DNA of 34,490 nt from Catajapyx aquilonaris. Taxonomy: Eukaryota. The stretch spans positions 1 to 34,490 of the forward strand of contig JYFJ02004139.1 in assembly GCA_000934665.2 (NCBI GenBank). Reading direction: 5' to 3'. The position numbers and the translations under genes are program-made. This document shows, piece after piece, positions 1 to 12,600 of the stretch (its first letter is position 1; each line of letters opens with the position of its first letter). The notes beneath the pieces were generated by a model, which saw only the letters and a program-made list of their open reading frames with translations, was not told the origin of the DNA and did no database searches.

Positions 1-708
1 TCTGGTTATGCCACTGTATTCCCCATCCCAAGAAACCTCTAGATCCCAAAAATCTCGGCGATAGCACTAATGATAGCTTCCTCAGGGCCTTCGTAAAGTG
101 GTCCATTCTTGACCTTTTGACCCCTGTATCTCGAAAACGCTTGAGATCGAGGATTTCTCCAGAAGGGTGTTGTCCTTCTAGCTAGAAAATATTTCACCTT
201 GAACTTCGAGTGACACTTCGAGAGGTTCCCTTGGTTAGTCTAACTATGAACTGAATCAATCATCCCTGGTATAGGGAGTGCGACAAGGACCAACATACTG
301 TCTTCAAAGGGGTGCGGAGGCCCGATAAGGTTAAGAACCCCTGTCCTATAATGTAAACACATTGAAGCACATCGGATATAAGTAAGTATACTGTTGAAAG
401 GTCGGCCCCTTCATATTTCCAGCAGTGCCAATGTGCGAGTACAGTAGTTGAATTGAGTTGTATCGGGATATAACAGACTTGTCTGCTATTTTCTGACTGC
501 ACAAATCCTTATGCAGAACTTATGCAAAGTTCACAAAACTTTATTTTTAAAAAAGATTTTTTTTCAACTTCTTCGACGACACCCCCTCTGGGCTGGTACC
601 CGGGGCGGACCGCCCCCCCTTTGGTACGCCACTGGCTGGTAGAAGCAGGTCTAAATATCAAAAGCATTTAGTCATTAGTGTCCCAATTCTTCCCATACTT
701 GGCCCATT

Positions 709-745
709 CCTCATGCCTTCATAATTGCCTCATGCCTTCATAATT
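709..745. repeat. 19-bp tandem duplication
   Basis: CCTCATGCCTTCATAATT occurs twice in tandem. Confidence 0.95.
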
Positions 746-864
746 ACATTTGGTTTAATATTCAGAACAATGTATAATTCAGAGCAAGTTCAAATATATG
801 ACCGAGAAAGCCAGAATGTTGCAATGAATATTTGGCACATAATATCATGTGTTAGTCACAATAC

Positions 865-1080
865 GGGAGGCGAAGTGGCGCTGCGGTAACGTATGCACCC
901 ACGGATGTTAAGGCCCCGGGATCAAATCCCACCCGGGGTTCCCCCTTCATCTCGTGCAGAGTTTGTTAGAGGTCGTCTCTGGCTTCGTCTCGGGTGGTAT
1001 CTCCGTTAGACAAACCACCCGGGGGAGTTCACAAAATGACCACAGCACCGACATTGCACTGCACTTTGCACATCCCCTCC
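865..1080 (+). mobile_element. tRNA-derived SINE, copy 1 (3' boundary uncertain)
   Basis: A-box-like GTGGCGCTGCGGT and B-box-like GGATCAAATCC; about 200 bp closely similar to 24342-24535. Confidence 0.8.
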
Positions 1081-1380
1081 TGTTACCCTGCCCGTGGGCC
1101 CGGGCTTATATTAAATAGGTACCATACCATGTACGATCTGGAGACTAATTTAATCAGGGATATTATTTTATGCCGTCGAGGTGCACCTATTATAAATCGA
1201 CGAGAAACCACAGCCTTGCTTTGTTTGTGAATTATTATAATACATACAATATATCTTTTGGCTATATATTCAGTAACAGTATTACAAGGGAATTTCATTT
1301 GATCCATTATAAGGACCCCCATAGGGAAGCACTACGTCAATCTCCTACAGTACAAGGTCACCATAAATTCTCATTTTATA

Positions 1381-1952
1381 CAGGGTGTTTACGAACTAAC
1401 TTTACAAACTTCTAGGGGTGATAGAGGGGACCAAGACAAACATTTTTGACATAGGAACCAGTGTCCGGAAACGCCATCTAGAGGGGGTTCATATACAAGG
1501 AACGGGTGCGCTCAGACGCGTCACGCGAGAGGCGCTAGTCGAGCGGACTGTTTTGTTGATAGATGGCGCTCGGATAGTAACCAACGATGCGATGTGCCAT
1601 AACGTTGCAACAGCAGAGCCATCTAGCAACTAAAGTCCGCCTCCTAGGAGACGCGCGGATAGTCAACAGCGGTTCCAGGCGGTTCTGTTGTTGCCAGGTT
1701 ATGGCGTATCGCGTTGTTGTTTATTTACAACGACGCGATACGCCATAACCTGGCAACAACTGCGCGCCATCTATCAACAAAACAGTCCGCTCGACTTGCG
1801 CCTCTCGCGTGACGCGTCTGAGCGCACCCGTTCCTCGTCTATGAACCCCCTCTAGATGGCGTTTCCGGACACGGTTTCCTATGTCAAAAATGTTTGTCTT
1901 GGTCCCCTCTATTACCCCTGGAAGTTTGTAAAGTTAGGTCGTAAACACCCTG
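1381..1952. mobile_element. Tc1/mariner-type foldback MITE, about 572 bp
   Basis: TA|CAGGGTGTTTACGA...TCGTAAACACCCTG|TA; near-perfect inverted arms of about 190 bp; TA target duplication. Confidence 0.92.
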
Positions 1953-1970
1953 TATAGAAAGAAACGACTA

Positions 1971-2247
1971 TACAGTGCACAAAGTTGCTTAAAATCCTGT
2001 TAAATTAAGTAAAGCCTTAGAAACACTCAACTACACTGTGGGTATCTTGTTAACTGCTTAATGTTGTACTGTACTGTACATGTATTATTGCAAGGTGTCT
2101 GGCTGTGTAGCAGAATATATTGTGAAGCTGTATACAGGTACATCTTTAAACAGTTAACAAGATACGTACAGTAACTTAGTTGAGAGTTTCTAAGGCTTTA
2201 CACCGAGTAAGTTGTAACAAGATCTTAAGCAGCTTAATGCACTTATA
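1971..2247. mobile_element. Older, degenerate foldback MITE (probably Tc1/mariner-like)
   Basis: Inverted arms, e.g. GTAAAGCCTTAGAAACACTCAACTA vs TAGTTGAGAGTTTCTAAGGCTTTAC and TATCTTGTTAACTG vs CAGTTAACAAGATA; begins TACAGTGCA. Confidence 0.75.
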
Positions 2248-3729
2248 CTATATTATATAGTCATTTCGTCCCATGGAATTAGTTTTTATCGTGTTTCCAA
2301 ATGTGAAGAAAAACCTTCGAGGTCGGTCGATGGGAGTGACCAACAGCTCAAGAAAACTGGAGGAAATTTTGACATTTGTTTGGCCTATATAGGTATAAAA
2401 ATACCGGAAATAAAAAGATTTTATTCCCACATATTTCTCAATTCATGCTGCGCATCTCGCATTTTATTGTTAGTGCCAAGGACCTTTTAACAGTCACCTT
2501 CAGTGATATGGGCGTAATGGCCAGTACATTTAAGACCGGAAGCAAAAGTCATTGATTCGCAATGTCAATTAAGCTACACAATGCAACCTCCTCTCGTGGG
2601 CGTGTTGTACACTTCAGAGCTTTACTCCTACTTCGAACAATTATCCCATCATTAATTACCCATAACCTAACGTAAGCCCTATAAATGCTCGTGAATCACT
2701 GCAAAAATTATAATACCATACCGGCTAAATATTTCACGCATATTACTAAATTAGTTCATTGTCTCTGACTTCCGACAGTGATTGTATCTGACGGAAGCTG
2801 CAACTGTAGTACAGCCACTGTATATTCCAGAAAGTATCAAGTACAACGACCTTGTTTTATCCTAATTGAATTACGCCCACGCTTACTCGAAACTTCCACT
2901 CAAGTTGCTTATTGTTATGACTGAAACAGATTATTATCATTGATTCATCCCTGATAAATACATATGAAACAATCGCGCCATAACAATTATAGTGTATAGC
3001 ATGCTGTACCAGTGGATATTTTGGTTAAAACCAGTGGAAGTCGAGAGTGTGCAATATAAAGGAATGTATAGGTTGCCTTTCAAAAACATAAATAGCCTTA
3101 CCTGAAATGTAAAACAATCAGAGTCACACCTTGGTCGAAATTGATTTAGGTATTGTGTAGCATAGCACCATAGCACTAGAAGGGCTATAGTATATCTCTA
3201 TAGTCAAATCAGTTTTTTGATAAAGAAAATTACAGCCCTACGGTATATAGAGAAATTGGTGAAAGATTTTGACCCCATAGTGACTAATTCAATCTTCAAA
3301 AACGGTGAAATGTAAGTCCTGCATTTCCGGTCTCAGAAATTATTAGGGAGTTTTAGAATTTTTAGAAAAAATAAGAGAAAGCATCTCTTCCAGGATTGAT
3401 TTGCTTCCGGTATCGATATTTGATTTGCAAGTTGTTCCTAATAACATTAGAAGAAAAAGTGCGTTTCAGTTTTCAAATATAAATTCCTGAGTTGTGAAAA
3501 CATGAGCTTGAAACTCATTAATTTGCAGTTTTCCGCACATGGCATGGCTACAGAAAGTGATAGGAACCTTCCAAAAATTTTATTTAAATTTTTATAGACT
3601 TGGTAGATGATGCTCAATTAGTTGCATATAGCTCACTGAAACTAATGTTGTTTGTTTTTAAAAAGTGGAACAATGTGGCAACACTTCAAAAGGGGTAATA
3701 CAATGAGGTAAAATGGATACTCATACTGT

Positions 3730-4000
3730 GAGCCGATTGGCTGGAGTAGTACTACTCCAGACAATCGGAGTCGACTGAAATGGTTCAATATTGCCCGCTA
3801 GGTAAGGCGCTACTATCTTGGGTACCGAGACTAGTGCCGTCCGCGCCCGTGGCAAACCCCCCTTGGTGGGGGAGATCAGCTAAGCTCACACAAAATGGTG
3901 GGGAGTGACCGGGGACTGCCCCATCCTATGATGTGGACTGTTGCGATGGACTTCCACCTTCCGTGGACAGTGTGGTGAAAAATGGTCATTTTCATTTCAT
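3730..4000 (+). repeat. Possible SINE-like insertion with a palindromic head
   Basis: GC-rich island in AT-rich DNA; weak A/B-box-like motifs (TGGCTGGAGTAG, GGTTCAATA); ends in CATTTTCATTTCAT. Only one copy in the window. Confidence 0.35.
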
Positions 4001-7000
4001 AATATCGCTTAAAATCGGTGTGATTTTTTGTGGGGGAGAAAAAGTTCTCCTAAATGTACACCATACTCTCTGGACTTCTGGGATGGAAAGAAAAACAACA
4101 AGTGGCCGCAACAAAAAAATCTTGAATTATTATCGGAAAAGGAAAGATATTTTCTGACTGCTTCATATGCTGTCGTGAACTTGAAATATTTCCAGCTTGT
4201 TTCTCTACAACGTGCAATACCTACATGATTCACGTAGAGAGCAACTTACCTGTCTAGCAGCGTTTGAAGGAAGTGAAAATGAAACATGACTAAAAATAGC
4301 AAGCAAATATTGCAGCTGTTTATTATTCACCATAGAAGAATGTTGGTTGCACTTTACAGTTTGCAGTATTCAAGTTGATCATATAAATGCTGACGTCCTC
4401 ATATGAGTGCAGCACTGCAACGAGACACCATAGGATTTGACCGCGAGTGTGTCCATATAGCAAACAACCTATACTGGCAGTTAACCCAAGTTGTGCATGT
4501 TGTGCTGTTCCTTCAGTTATTCGTCTTTTGTGGGCCTAAACACAAGGCAAGGCGATCAAATTAATCAAAAACTCCTTTAACGTCAGAGGCAAGACAACTG
4601 TGACGGTTTTATTGGAAATGGCGACGGAGATTTGCTGAAAAATATGTTACATCAGTACTATATACATATGATATACTGTATACTGTAGGTTTACGTTATG
4701 TACAAAGCGGGTTCGACAAGTGTATGTGGAGTGTGTGTATGTTTTGTGTGTTTGTGTGCGTGTAGTGTGTGTTTTTTGTAAGGGGTGAGGGGGAGATGTC
4801 ATCGTATTCAAAAAAATAACGGCACTGCTTTTTTTATATTTTTGCAAATGGAACGGATATCGCTGCTCCAGGCAATTATTCACTGTATTACCAAAAATCT
4901 ACGATATACCAACAACTCGTTTTCTCTGAAGCCAAACGACCCCACACTTAAACCCTCTATTAAACCAATGGTTTTCTTATGATTATCACAGAATGCAGCT
5001 TCATTTTGTTTCAGCTCTGATAGATACCTGTGAAACAAGAAGTGTATATTATAGTGGTAACAGTGACTATCTTGTTGGAAACCAGCGACCGTCCAGCATA
5101 ATTTCAATATAATAGAATGAAAAAGGTGCCTTTCAGAAAACTAATGACGGGGTCCCTTTGTTTCTCAACAGTATACCGTAGAATCTACGGACAGCTCCAA
5201 GGGAGTCAGTCACATTGCAATATCATAAATGAGTATTATTGGTCTGTAGTTGAAGGGATGGTTGGTGGCATATTCAATTTGGATTCCACTTCCTCCTCTT
5301 TCCTCTTACCCTGTACAAACTGCGTGACACCCTGTCACAAACAATGGCGGTCCTTTCAAGTGAATGATTGTATGGCAGGAGAAGCTATAGCCGAGGTTAA
5401 AAACGAAAAGAGCTCGTAGCTTGAAAATATCTCTGACTTAGAACAATGCATGCGATGTTGACCAGTGTATGGCTCCGTGACAGAGCACATGTTCGAGTAA
5501 CTGTCATTGTTCAACTAAAGTCAAGTTTGAACTTTTCAGCTGCATGAGCTGACTCCGAGCCTATTTCTGTACGAAAATAAAAATCTTTGCAATGTCGCTC
5601 TGCATGCTCTGGCAATATAGCTTGTTTGTGGCAACAACAAAGTGCCTTTTAGTCGAATAAATAATCTCGTTCTGCAAAAAGTGGGCGGGGCGAGTCAGAG
5701 AGTCGCGCTGTTCCCCAGACTAAAACATGGACGGGAAAGGAAATGTCCGCTTGCCAGAAGAGGAAAACTTGCGTGTCAAGTTTAGTGGAAACGATATTAT
5801 GAGAGAAGTGCTTCCATCGCCTAAAAATGAGGCTTCTCCCTCCTCCCCCCAGACCCATATAAATCCGCTTGGAAAAAAGATTTCAGCACCTTTGTTTCAG
5901 CATGTTTTATAATACACTCTCTATATACTTTGCTTATAATATAATAATGTCTATTTCTATATGTATAAGAATCTATATGTATATCCGTAACGAAGTAAAA
6001 AACGAATGATAGTAGTAAAGAACATTAATGATAAATAAATAAATAATAACTGCTACTGGTCTAAGTAGTACAATTCTTTGTCAAAGTCCACCCTTTCTTG
6101 AAAAAAAAGGAAAGAAAACCAATATCCCCATGGGGACATCACATGTGCAAAAATCGACAATAAAGTGCTAAGACAGGGTTTGCACGTGCGAAAAAGTGTG
6201 AAAGTGAATGAGTGTTTACGTGTGAAGTGAGTGTGCACTCTTGTAAATGGTGTGCTCACGGCACCGTACGGAGCACTAACATGTGTGTGAAACCGTGTGT
6301 GTTGGGAGAGTGGCCACACCGTTTGCAAGAGCGTCGACTCTGACATGGGGGAGGAGATGACTATAAAAAATTTTTTAGCTTCCACTTGCATAGACCTATA
6401 ATGGTGGGGCTCCCTACCGGAGACACTGCTGCATCGTGGTTGATCTTGATTAATTTGAATGGTGTTGGGGATGGGACTTTGATGGAAAGTCACTGCTAGG
6501 CGCCAGATATTGGCGCCGCTGGGCTGGTGACTTTTAGGGATGAGGGGATGGGGGGAAAAGGGGGAGATCCGCGCGTGCAAAACAGAAACGTAAGGACCAA
6601 GGAATTGTCCTTGGCTCAATTAGCGAAACACCCACAAAACAGTGAGTGAGTGGGCTTGAAACAATGTGGTCCTCAGAGATAGGCAGGCAGGCAAGCAGGC
6701 AGGTAAGCAGGTAAGCAGGCACAGACAGACACAGGTAGTAGGTAGACAGACGGACAGACAGATGGCGCTGGAGTGGAAAAGAGCCAGCTGCCCATATGGC
6801 GCTGGGGAGAAACATCACAATGTAGGTGCTAGGCGATAGAGGACGGAGGCGGGGCAAAAGGGGCTTAAGGCGCCAAAAACGAGAGTGCAAAACATTGCTT
6901 GGGGGTGTTTTTTTTCCCTTCTTGGCCCCCCTCTGATGAAAGGCATGCAATCGTGCAAAAATGTTACGTGAAGGCAAAAAAGGCACATTTCTATGAGACA

Positions 7001-9069
7001 TAACGAAACGTTCACATGGTTAGAGAATAAATGTGCATCGTAAGGCTTTATCTTCGAACACTCGTCCTTTTTTTTTCAAACAGTTCTAGTTTGGTTTAAT
7101 TCCTGCATTCGGAAGGCTGAACCATTGAATCACGGGTGTGCTGTAGATGCTCTAGTGATTTTCTCAGTGACTCAGACTTGTAGCAAGGAAGTAGGGCTCG
7201 TGGTACTCCTCGCAGCGGGTCCAAAATCTCGCTTTAAATCCTATGAGGCCAGGTGTCATCCTGAACACAGCCTAGTTGAAGCAGTACAACGAAGTGCCAC
7301 ACTTGTCTGTTGACACGGACAGTCTTAGTTCAATTGGTCATGTAACGGATTACGGGTACTTTTCATAGGAGACCTGCCTGAAGTAGGCCTACTTTGGAAT
7401 ATTTTTGTTCTTCGGGTTATTCAAATCATGATAGCTCGAATAGCCATTCTTTCAACATTACTAATCAAATTTATTTATATTCTCTGTAATAAATCTATAG
7501 TTTGAGATTATAAATTTTGATTGCTTTCGACTGGGGAAATACTCTCAATTTGAATAACAAGACAGTGTTCTCTATTTGTTTGCTATAGAGCAAATATTAC
7601 GCGTGGACCTATTCTTGGCTCTAATGAAACCTTACAGCACCAAAGTAATTTTCTTTGTAAGGTAAAAATAAGTCGATTAGCTATGGATCTAGCGCTAACT
7701 TATAACATACTTGACGTAGGTATTTTTGGTATAATGTACTATGGGTATATAAACATCATAGCAGTTCCTATAACCCATTGTGGTGTTCATAACACAGCAT
7801 TACTTACATTAATAGGAACAGTTTACTGACTGAAGTGTATAATGCATTTTTGAAAAATACATAATATTATATGGTATATCGCGTAACTTACAGAGTATAA
7901 TTTAATACACATAGCAATAACTTTAATAATACTTAGAATCACGTTCGAAACACGAGTTTGCATTTCGCTAACTTGAACGACTTTTAGTTGGGTTCAACTG
8001 TACATACTCTCTATTATCGCCGAACACTCATCATATTTGCGAATAAGTTTAAAAAGTAATAACCGTTGCACTGCTTCGGCTGACAAGTGTGACAATATTC
8101 TCTACTATGAACAGTGTTGGACACCCACTGCGGCCTACCGCGTAGGCAGGGACAGCCTAAAATGTCGCTTCACAGGCTGAGGAGGACCAGTCAAGCATCC
8201 CGTAAGACCAAAAAAAAAGAAGAGTCCTCTGAGATCGTCGTCATACGTCGAGTTAAGTTACTTACTGATTGCCCTGTCTCCCAGCCAGATTATGCACTGT
8301 TTTTGTCCCACTAAAACGCGTATTTAATGTAACGACGCGACTCTCCCCAATACTCATCTATGTATAAAAATACGTTGTTTTTTTCATGGTCGGGCCGGTT
8401 TGCTCATGGTGGGGGGAGTGTGGGAACTGTATCGTTAGCAAAAAAGAACAATTTTTGTCTGTGTCAGATAGTCATTTTTGGAGCCACCAATATCTACGTT
8501 ACTGTGCATCATTGTCACAAACGAAATAAATGAAGGGGGACAGGTAGTTTGGCGTGGTGCAGTGTGAGAAAGGAAGAATTGGAGGGGGTAGGGGACATTG
8601 TCAAAAAAATAGAGGAACACAGTTCGGAGAGGTGCAGTATTCAGCCGAGAGGTACAGAATACCTCCGCTATGCGCAGCTTTTCGGGGACCGCATCCTCTC
8701 ACAAACGCGACCGACAATACAACAACAACTTTGGAGTAACAACACTCTGTACACGTATGTACAAGTCTATGCAGAATAAAAATCTGGGTAACAAGGAATC
8801 CAAAGTAAAAAGGAGACAAAAAAAGTAATGGTCGAGACGAAGACAATATTGCTGATGCGCGGTCCTTGATGTGGTGTGCTTTTTGGTTTGTTTTCCTTTT
8901 TGATGTGTGTTTTTGAAAGCTACTGCACGAAGGACTTTCCAAGGGATCTAGTGGAAAGAGATTGTGTGGTTGGTTGTATGTTGGCGAGAGTGGCGACGCT
9001 GGGGTGCCGGCGCCAACCACCTTTGACCTCGCCCGGACTGACGTTCGCCTGGGAACCGAGGAGGCCGCA

Positions 9070-9201
9070 TTAGGAGAAACCTTTGTAGTGGATGAAGAAG
9101 AAGATGAGAAAGATGGCATAGGCGGTCGGAAACACCACACGGGAGATGACATCGATGGTCTTGGCGATACGGATGGGATGCGGCGGCTCCTTCTTCCGCA
9201 C
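9070..9201 (-). CDS. pHCl: pHCl last coding exon: M4 (VRKKEPPHPIRIAKTIDVISRVVFPTAYAIFLIFFFIHYKGFS*)
   Basis: TAG acceptor at 9202-9204; TAA stop at 9070-9072; ID..SR..FP motif preceding M4. Confidence 0.96.
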   Translation of the reverse strand: MRKKEPPHPIRIAKTIDVISRVVFPTAYAIFLIFFFIHYKGFS

Positions 9202-9527
9202 CTACGACATAGATGCCCACGTTAGACCGCCAGGTCACACCCCTACTTTTTCTTTTTTTTTGACAGGCATATCTACTGTACTGTACATCAAGACACTACT
9301 AATGTGGGGGAGCGCTATACAAGGCCTTACCCCGCAGCTATTGTCTGCAACATAGTTCTGCCCACTCACGCACGGCTAGACAACATTGGTGTAGCCTACC
9401 AGTCACATGCACACACACGCACATACGGTGTCTCAACACGTCCCCAGGCCAAGCGAAAATGCGAAGCCATCCCAGCACCACCCATCAAGCTCCTTTCAAC
9501 CAGCACCCAAAACGGTGCTCATGCCAC

Positions 9528-9610
<83 letters not shown>

Positions 9611-12600
9611 GAGTGGAACGTCATTGAGGATGTGGTGCTGGGAGGTGTAGCGGCGGCGGCGGGCGGAACCGTATGTATACCGACGGAAGCCCCAAAAAAG
9701 CGCATTGAACGTGACTGTACTTCCCACAGCGGTTTGGGTCCCTAAACGGGCATGTTTAGGGTAAAGGGTTCTGGTCAGGAGTGAAGGAGGCTGGAAGGAG
9801 ACAAGACAGACAGAAGAAGCAAAGTATACGGTATAGCGACCTCAGTGGCGCATCCGTTGTTGGCCGTGTGCGTGCAGGGATTCGGGCCGCAGTTGGTGCA
9901 GGTGATGATCTCGCTGGGTTGGTCTCGTTTCCTCTCCGTCTGCAAAAAGGAACGGTTGGCACTCGTGATGAGGCACGGAGGGCCAGCTAATGGCGGCTGC
10001 CTCCCTTTCTTTTCTTTCGTTCTTTCTTTTCGTTCTTTTCTTTCTGATGGCTGCATGGAGGAAGAAGAAAAAAAGAAGAAAAAGGTGCGCCTAATTGCTG
10101 CACAGATTGGCATGGGATGGACTGTTGATTGCTCTTTTAGCTCTGTCTTGCTTTGCTGCCTGAAGCTCGTCCTTGCTTGCCCAACAGTTTAAGAATAGTT
10201 AGGTTTATTTTTTTGCAATCGATTCTTGCATTTGCTTCATTTTTAGATGACCACAAGGGGTTAGCAACTCCCCAAAAAAAGTGTACACCAGATCCTGGAA
10301 CCGGGTGGTTCCACCCGGTTCCAGGCTGGTTCCAAGCCGGTTCCACCTGGTTCCTTGGCCAGTGTGTACACCGGTTCCAGGGAGTTGCTAACCCCTTGGA
10401 TGACCAATTCGCATGCTCCGATTTCGTGAGGAAGAGACACGTTTAGGTTCTGGTGTGATTCAGGGTGATTTTTTTGGGAATTTACATGGCTTACATGCTT
10501 GGCCAAATTCACGTTGGAAAAGGGCAAGCCATTCAAATTCCTGTTTTTGATATATTTTATATTCAAGACACAGAGGTTTTTGCTTGAGAGATATTTATTT
10601 ATGAAGCAAGCTTGAATCGAAATGCATGAATAATCATTCATGTGTCAAGTAGCTCTTTGAAAGCTGAGAGTATAGTCGTTTACAGTTCAATACCTCGAGA
10701 ATGTGCCGTGTAAAATTCCAGCTTTAAAAACGGCGAGTGAAAAGTATGGTCGGTGGGGGCCATAATACCGAGCCTGCAGTATTTCTTCCTCACAGAAGCG
10801 GATAACATGAATCTGGCTTTACAGGAGAGGGGAAGTTGCTCAACTGTGAGACCATCTAAGATGGACTTGCGGAAGGCATACATCCAAAGATCAAGTGGGT
10901 AGAAGGCGACTAAAAAAAACACTGCCTGTCTAAAGAGGCGAACACAAACTATTTGCGAAAATTTGTGTAGCGCCTTTTATAAAATTGTAGAGAGAACAAG
11001 TGTCAAGTGCAGTTTTTTAACGCCTGCGCTACCTGCTCATGTCCTCAATAATTGACATCATGCTTAGTCATCAGCAGATCCAAATGACCTTGACAATATT
11101 GGTTAAAAATTAATGAGATCACAGGGCATTGTGCATTTCAAACCATGTGCGTTCTTGTGAGTATATCGGTGCAAAGTCAGTGTGCTCTAACACTGTAACC
11201 CTTGTGAAATCATCAATTTTTGGCCTCCGTTTCCCATGTGGAACTGAACTCAATTAGTTAATAGGAACAGTTTCATGGCTAAAGCTTTGCCAATCGATGG
11301 ATGCACGTGTCCCAGAATTTTCTCACATTTTTGCCTCTTCATCATGATAATCTTGTGTGGAATGGGCATGATCTTTGGGTCTGATGTTGGGTTTAATATT
11401 TTGCGTGCATTAATATTTTATAACCTTATTCTTACCGAGTAATGCATTTAGATATTATAGGATAGTGCAGAGAGCATAGGCGTTTACTTCTTATGAGCAA
11501 AGATGCGAAACTTGGATGTTTGTGACTAACCGAAAAGAACAAGAGAAAGTTGAAAGGTTTTACATAATATTCTGATCATGTCATCCCCAGATACTGTAAC
11601 TTGCTTGACAGAAGTGTCACCGAGGCGAGGGTTCTCCGATCGTGTGGTTAATTTCGAATATATTTAGCATATTATCGGTTAGCGTTACCTATTATGCAAG
11701 TGCAATCACTCGAATTTTGCATTTTTGAGTAGTGTTAAAATATGTTTTGCATACCCAACTTCCTGCCGGCTAGCACTTGAGCCCTTTTTATTGGGCTATT
11801 AACTTGTTGTTTCATGCTGTAGATAAGCAAAATCTGCAACGTCCTGCTTTATCCGACTGCAGTGAATAATTAGAATGAACTACAACATTATCAGATCTTG
11901 ATTTGATGCGGAAAAATAGTCTCACTGCGCTTACAGAGTGCATAATTTTTGCAACATTTTTGAAAGAACAAGTGCTGATTAGTTCAGTTTATGATAGCTC
12001 GGCCGCAATCACCGCCACAATAATTATTGTAATCTGGCAAATTTCAATACCCTATGCCCACCAAAAGATGCAAAACAAGCGTAACTGTGTTTCTCTCGGG
12101 ATACATATTCTGCCTGGCATGTTGCATCTACCTGAGCTATTGTACACACTGCAGAGCATGATTTTTCAGCGGGGTTTTGGGACATTGCAATCAATATGGG
12201 GAAAACCTGCATGAACGTCACATTACAATATGAATGCTGTGTAATTGTGAGCTAGCTATCGACGCAATAGATGCATGTTGGGGGTGTTCCAAATAGGGCA
12301 CGGACATATCAAGTGGCCGTGCCGTTATATTGTTTCTCCCTCTATGGCCCAAACGACATGGTTTTTCACTTCAGTCGCCTGTGGAGCAATGTGTCATAAA
12401 AAAATGGAACTGTCCCGACGATTTATATAAACTGTCATTAATCTCATCCAAGCTTCGCATCGTATTTGTGCATTTCTTTCTACTACCTTCTCACCCTCAC
12501 TTCATCTTATATTTAAAAAAATATTCACTGGTATCTCTCTATAGTGTTTGTACTATACAGGGTGGACCAACTTCAAGTGGCGTTTTATAACGGCTATTAA

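Noticed and set aside
1..634. GGTTATGCCACTG (about 4-16) and GGTACGCCACTG (623-634) as transposon termini
   Set aside because: They resemble MITE right ends, but no matching left TIR or TSD is visible, so no element can be delimited.
865..945. Functional tRNA gene
   Set aside because: No clean cloverleaf, and it continues into a SINE body that recurs at 24342 with a TSD.
6930..7012. CTGATGA...GAAAC as a hammerhead ribozyme core
   Set aside because: The required stems I-III do not form; the other CTGANGA sites I checked also lack a correctly placed GAAA.
6053..7015. Longest minus-strand ORFs (188 aa and 155 aa)
   Set aside because: No recognisable domain; they arise from low-complexity, UTR-like sequence downstream of the pHCl stop codon.
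8601..9238. ORFs of 183, 96 and 87 aa overlapping the last exon
   Set aside because: Alternative-frame or antisense shadows of the real M4 exon and its 3' UTR.
9304..9745. Plus-strand poly-Ile and poly-Leu ORFs
   Set aside because: Translation artefacts of the (ATT)27 microsatellite.
10296..10380. Short regularly spaced repeats as a possible CRISPR array
   Set aside because: The units are 6-7 bp with 4-5-bp gaps, lie inside a hAT MITE, and sit in a eukaryotic intron with no cas genes.
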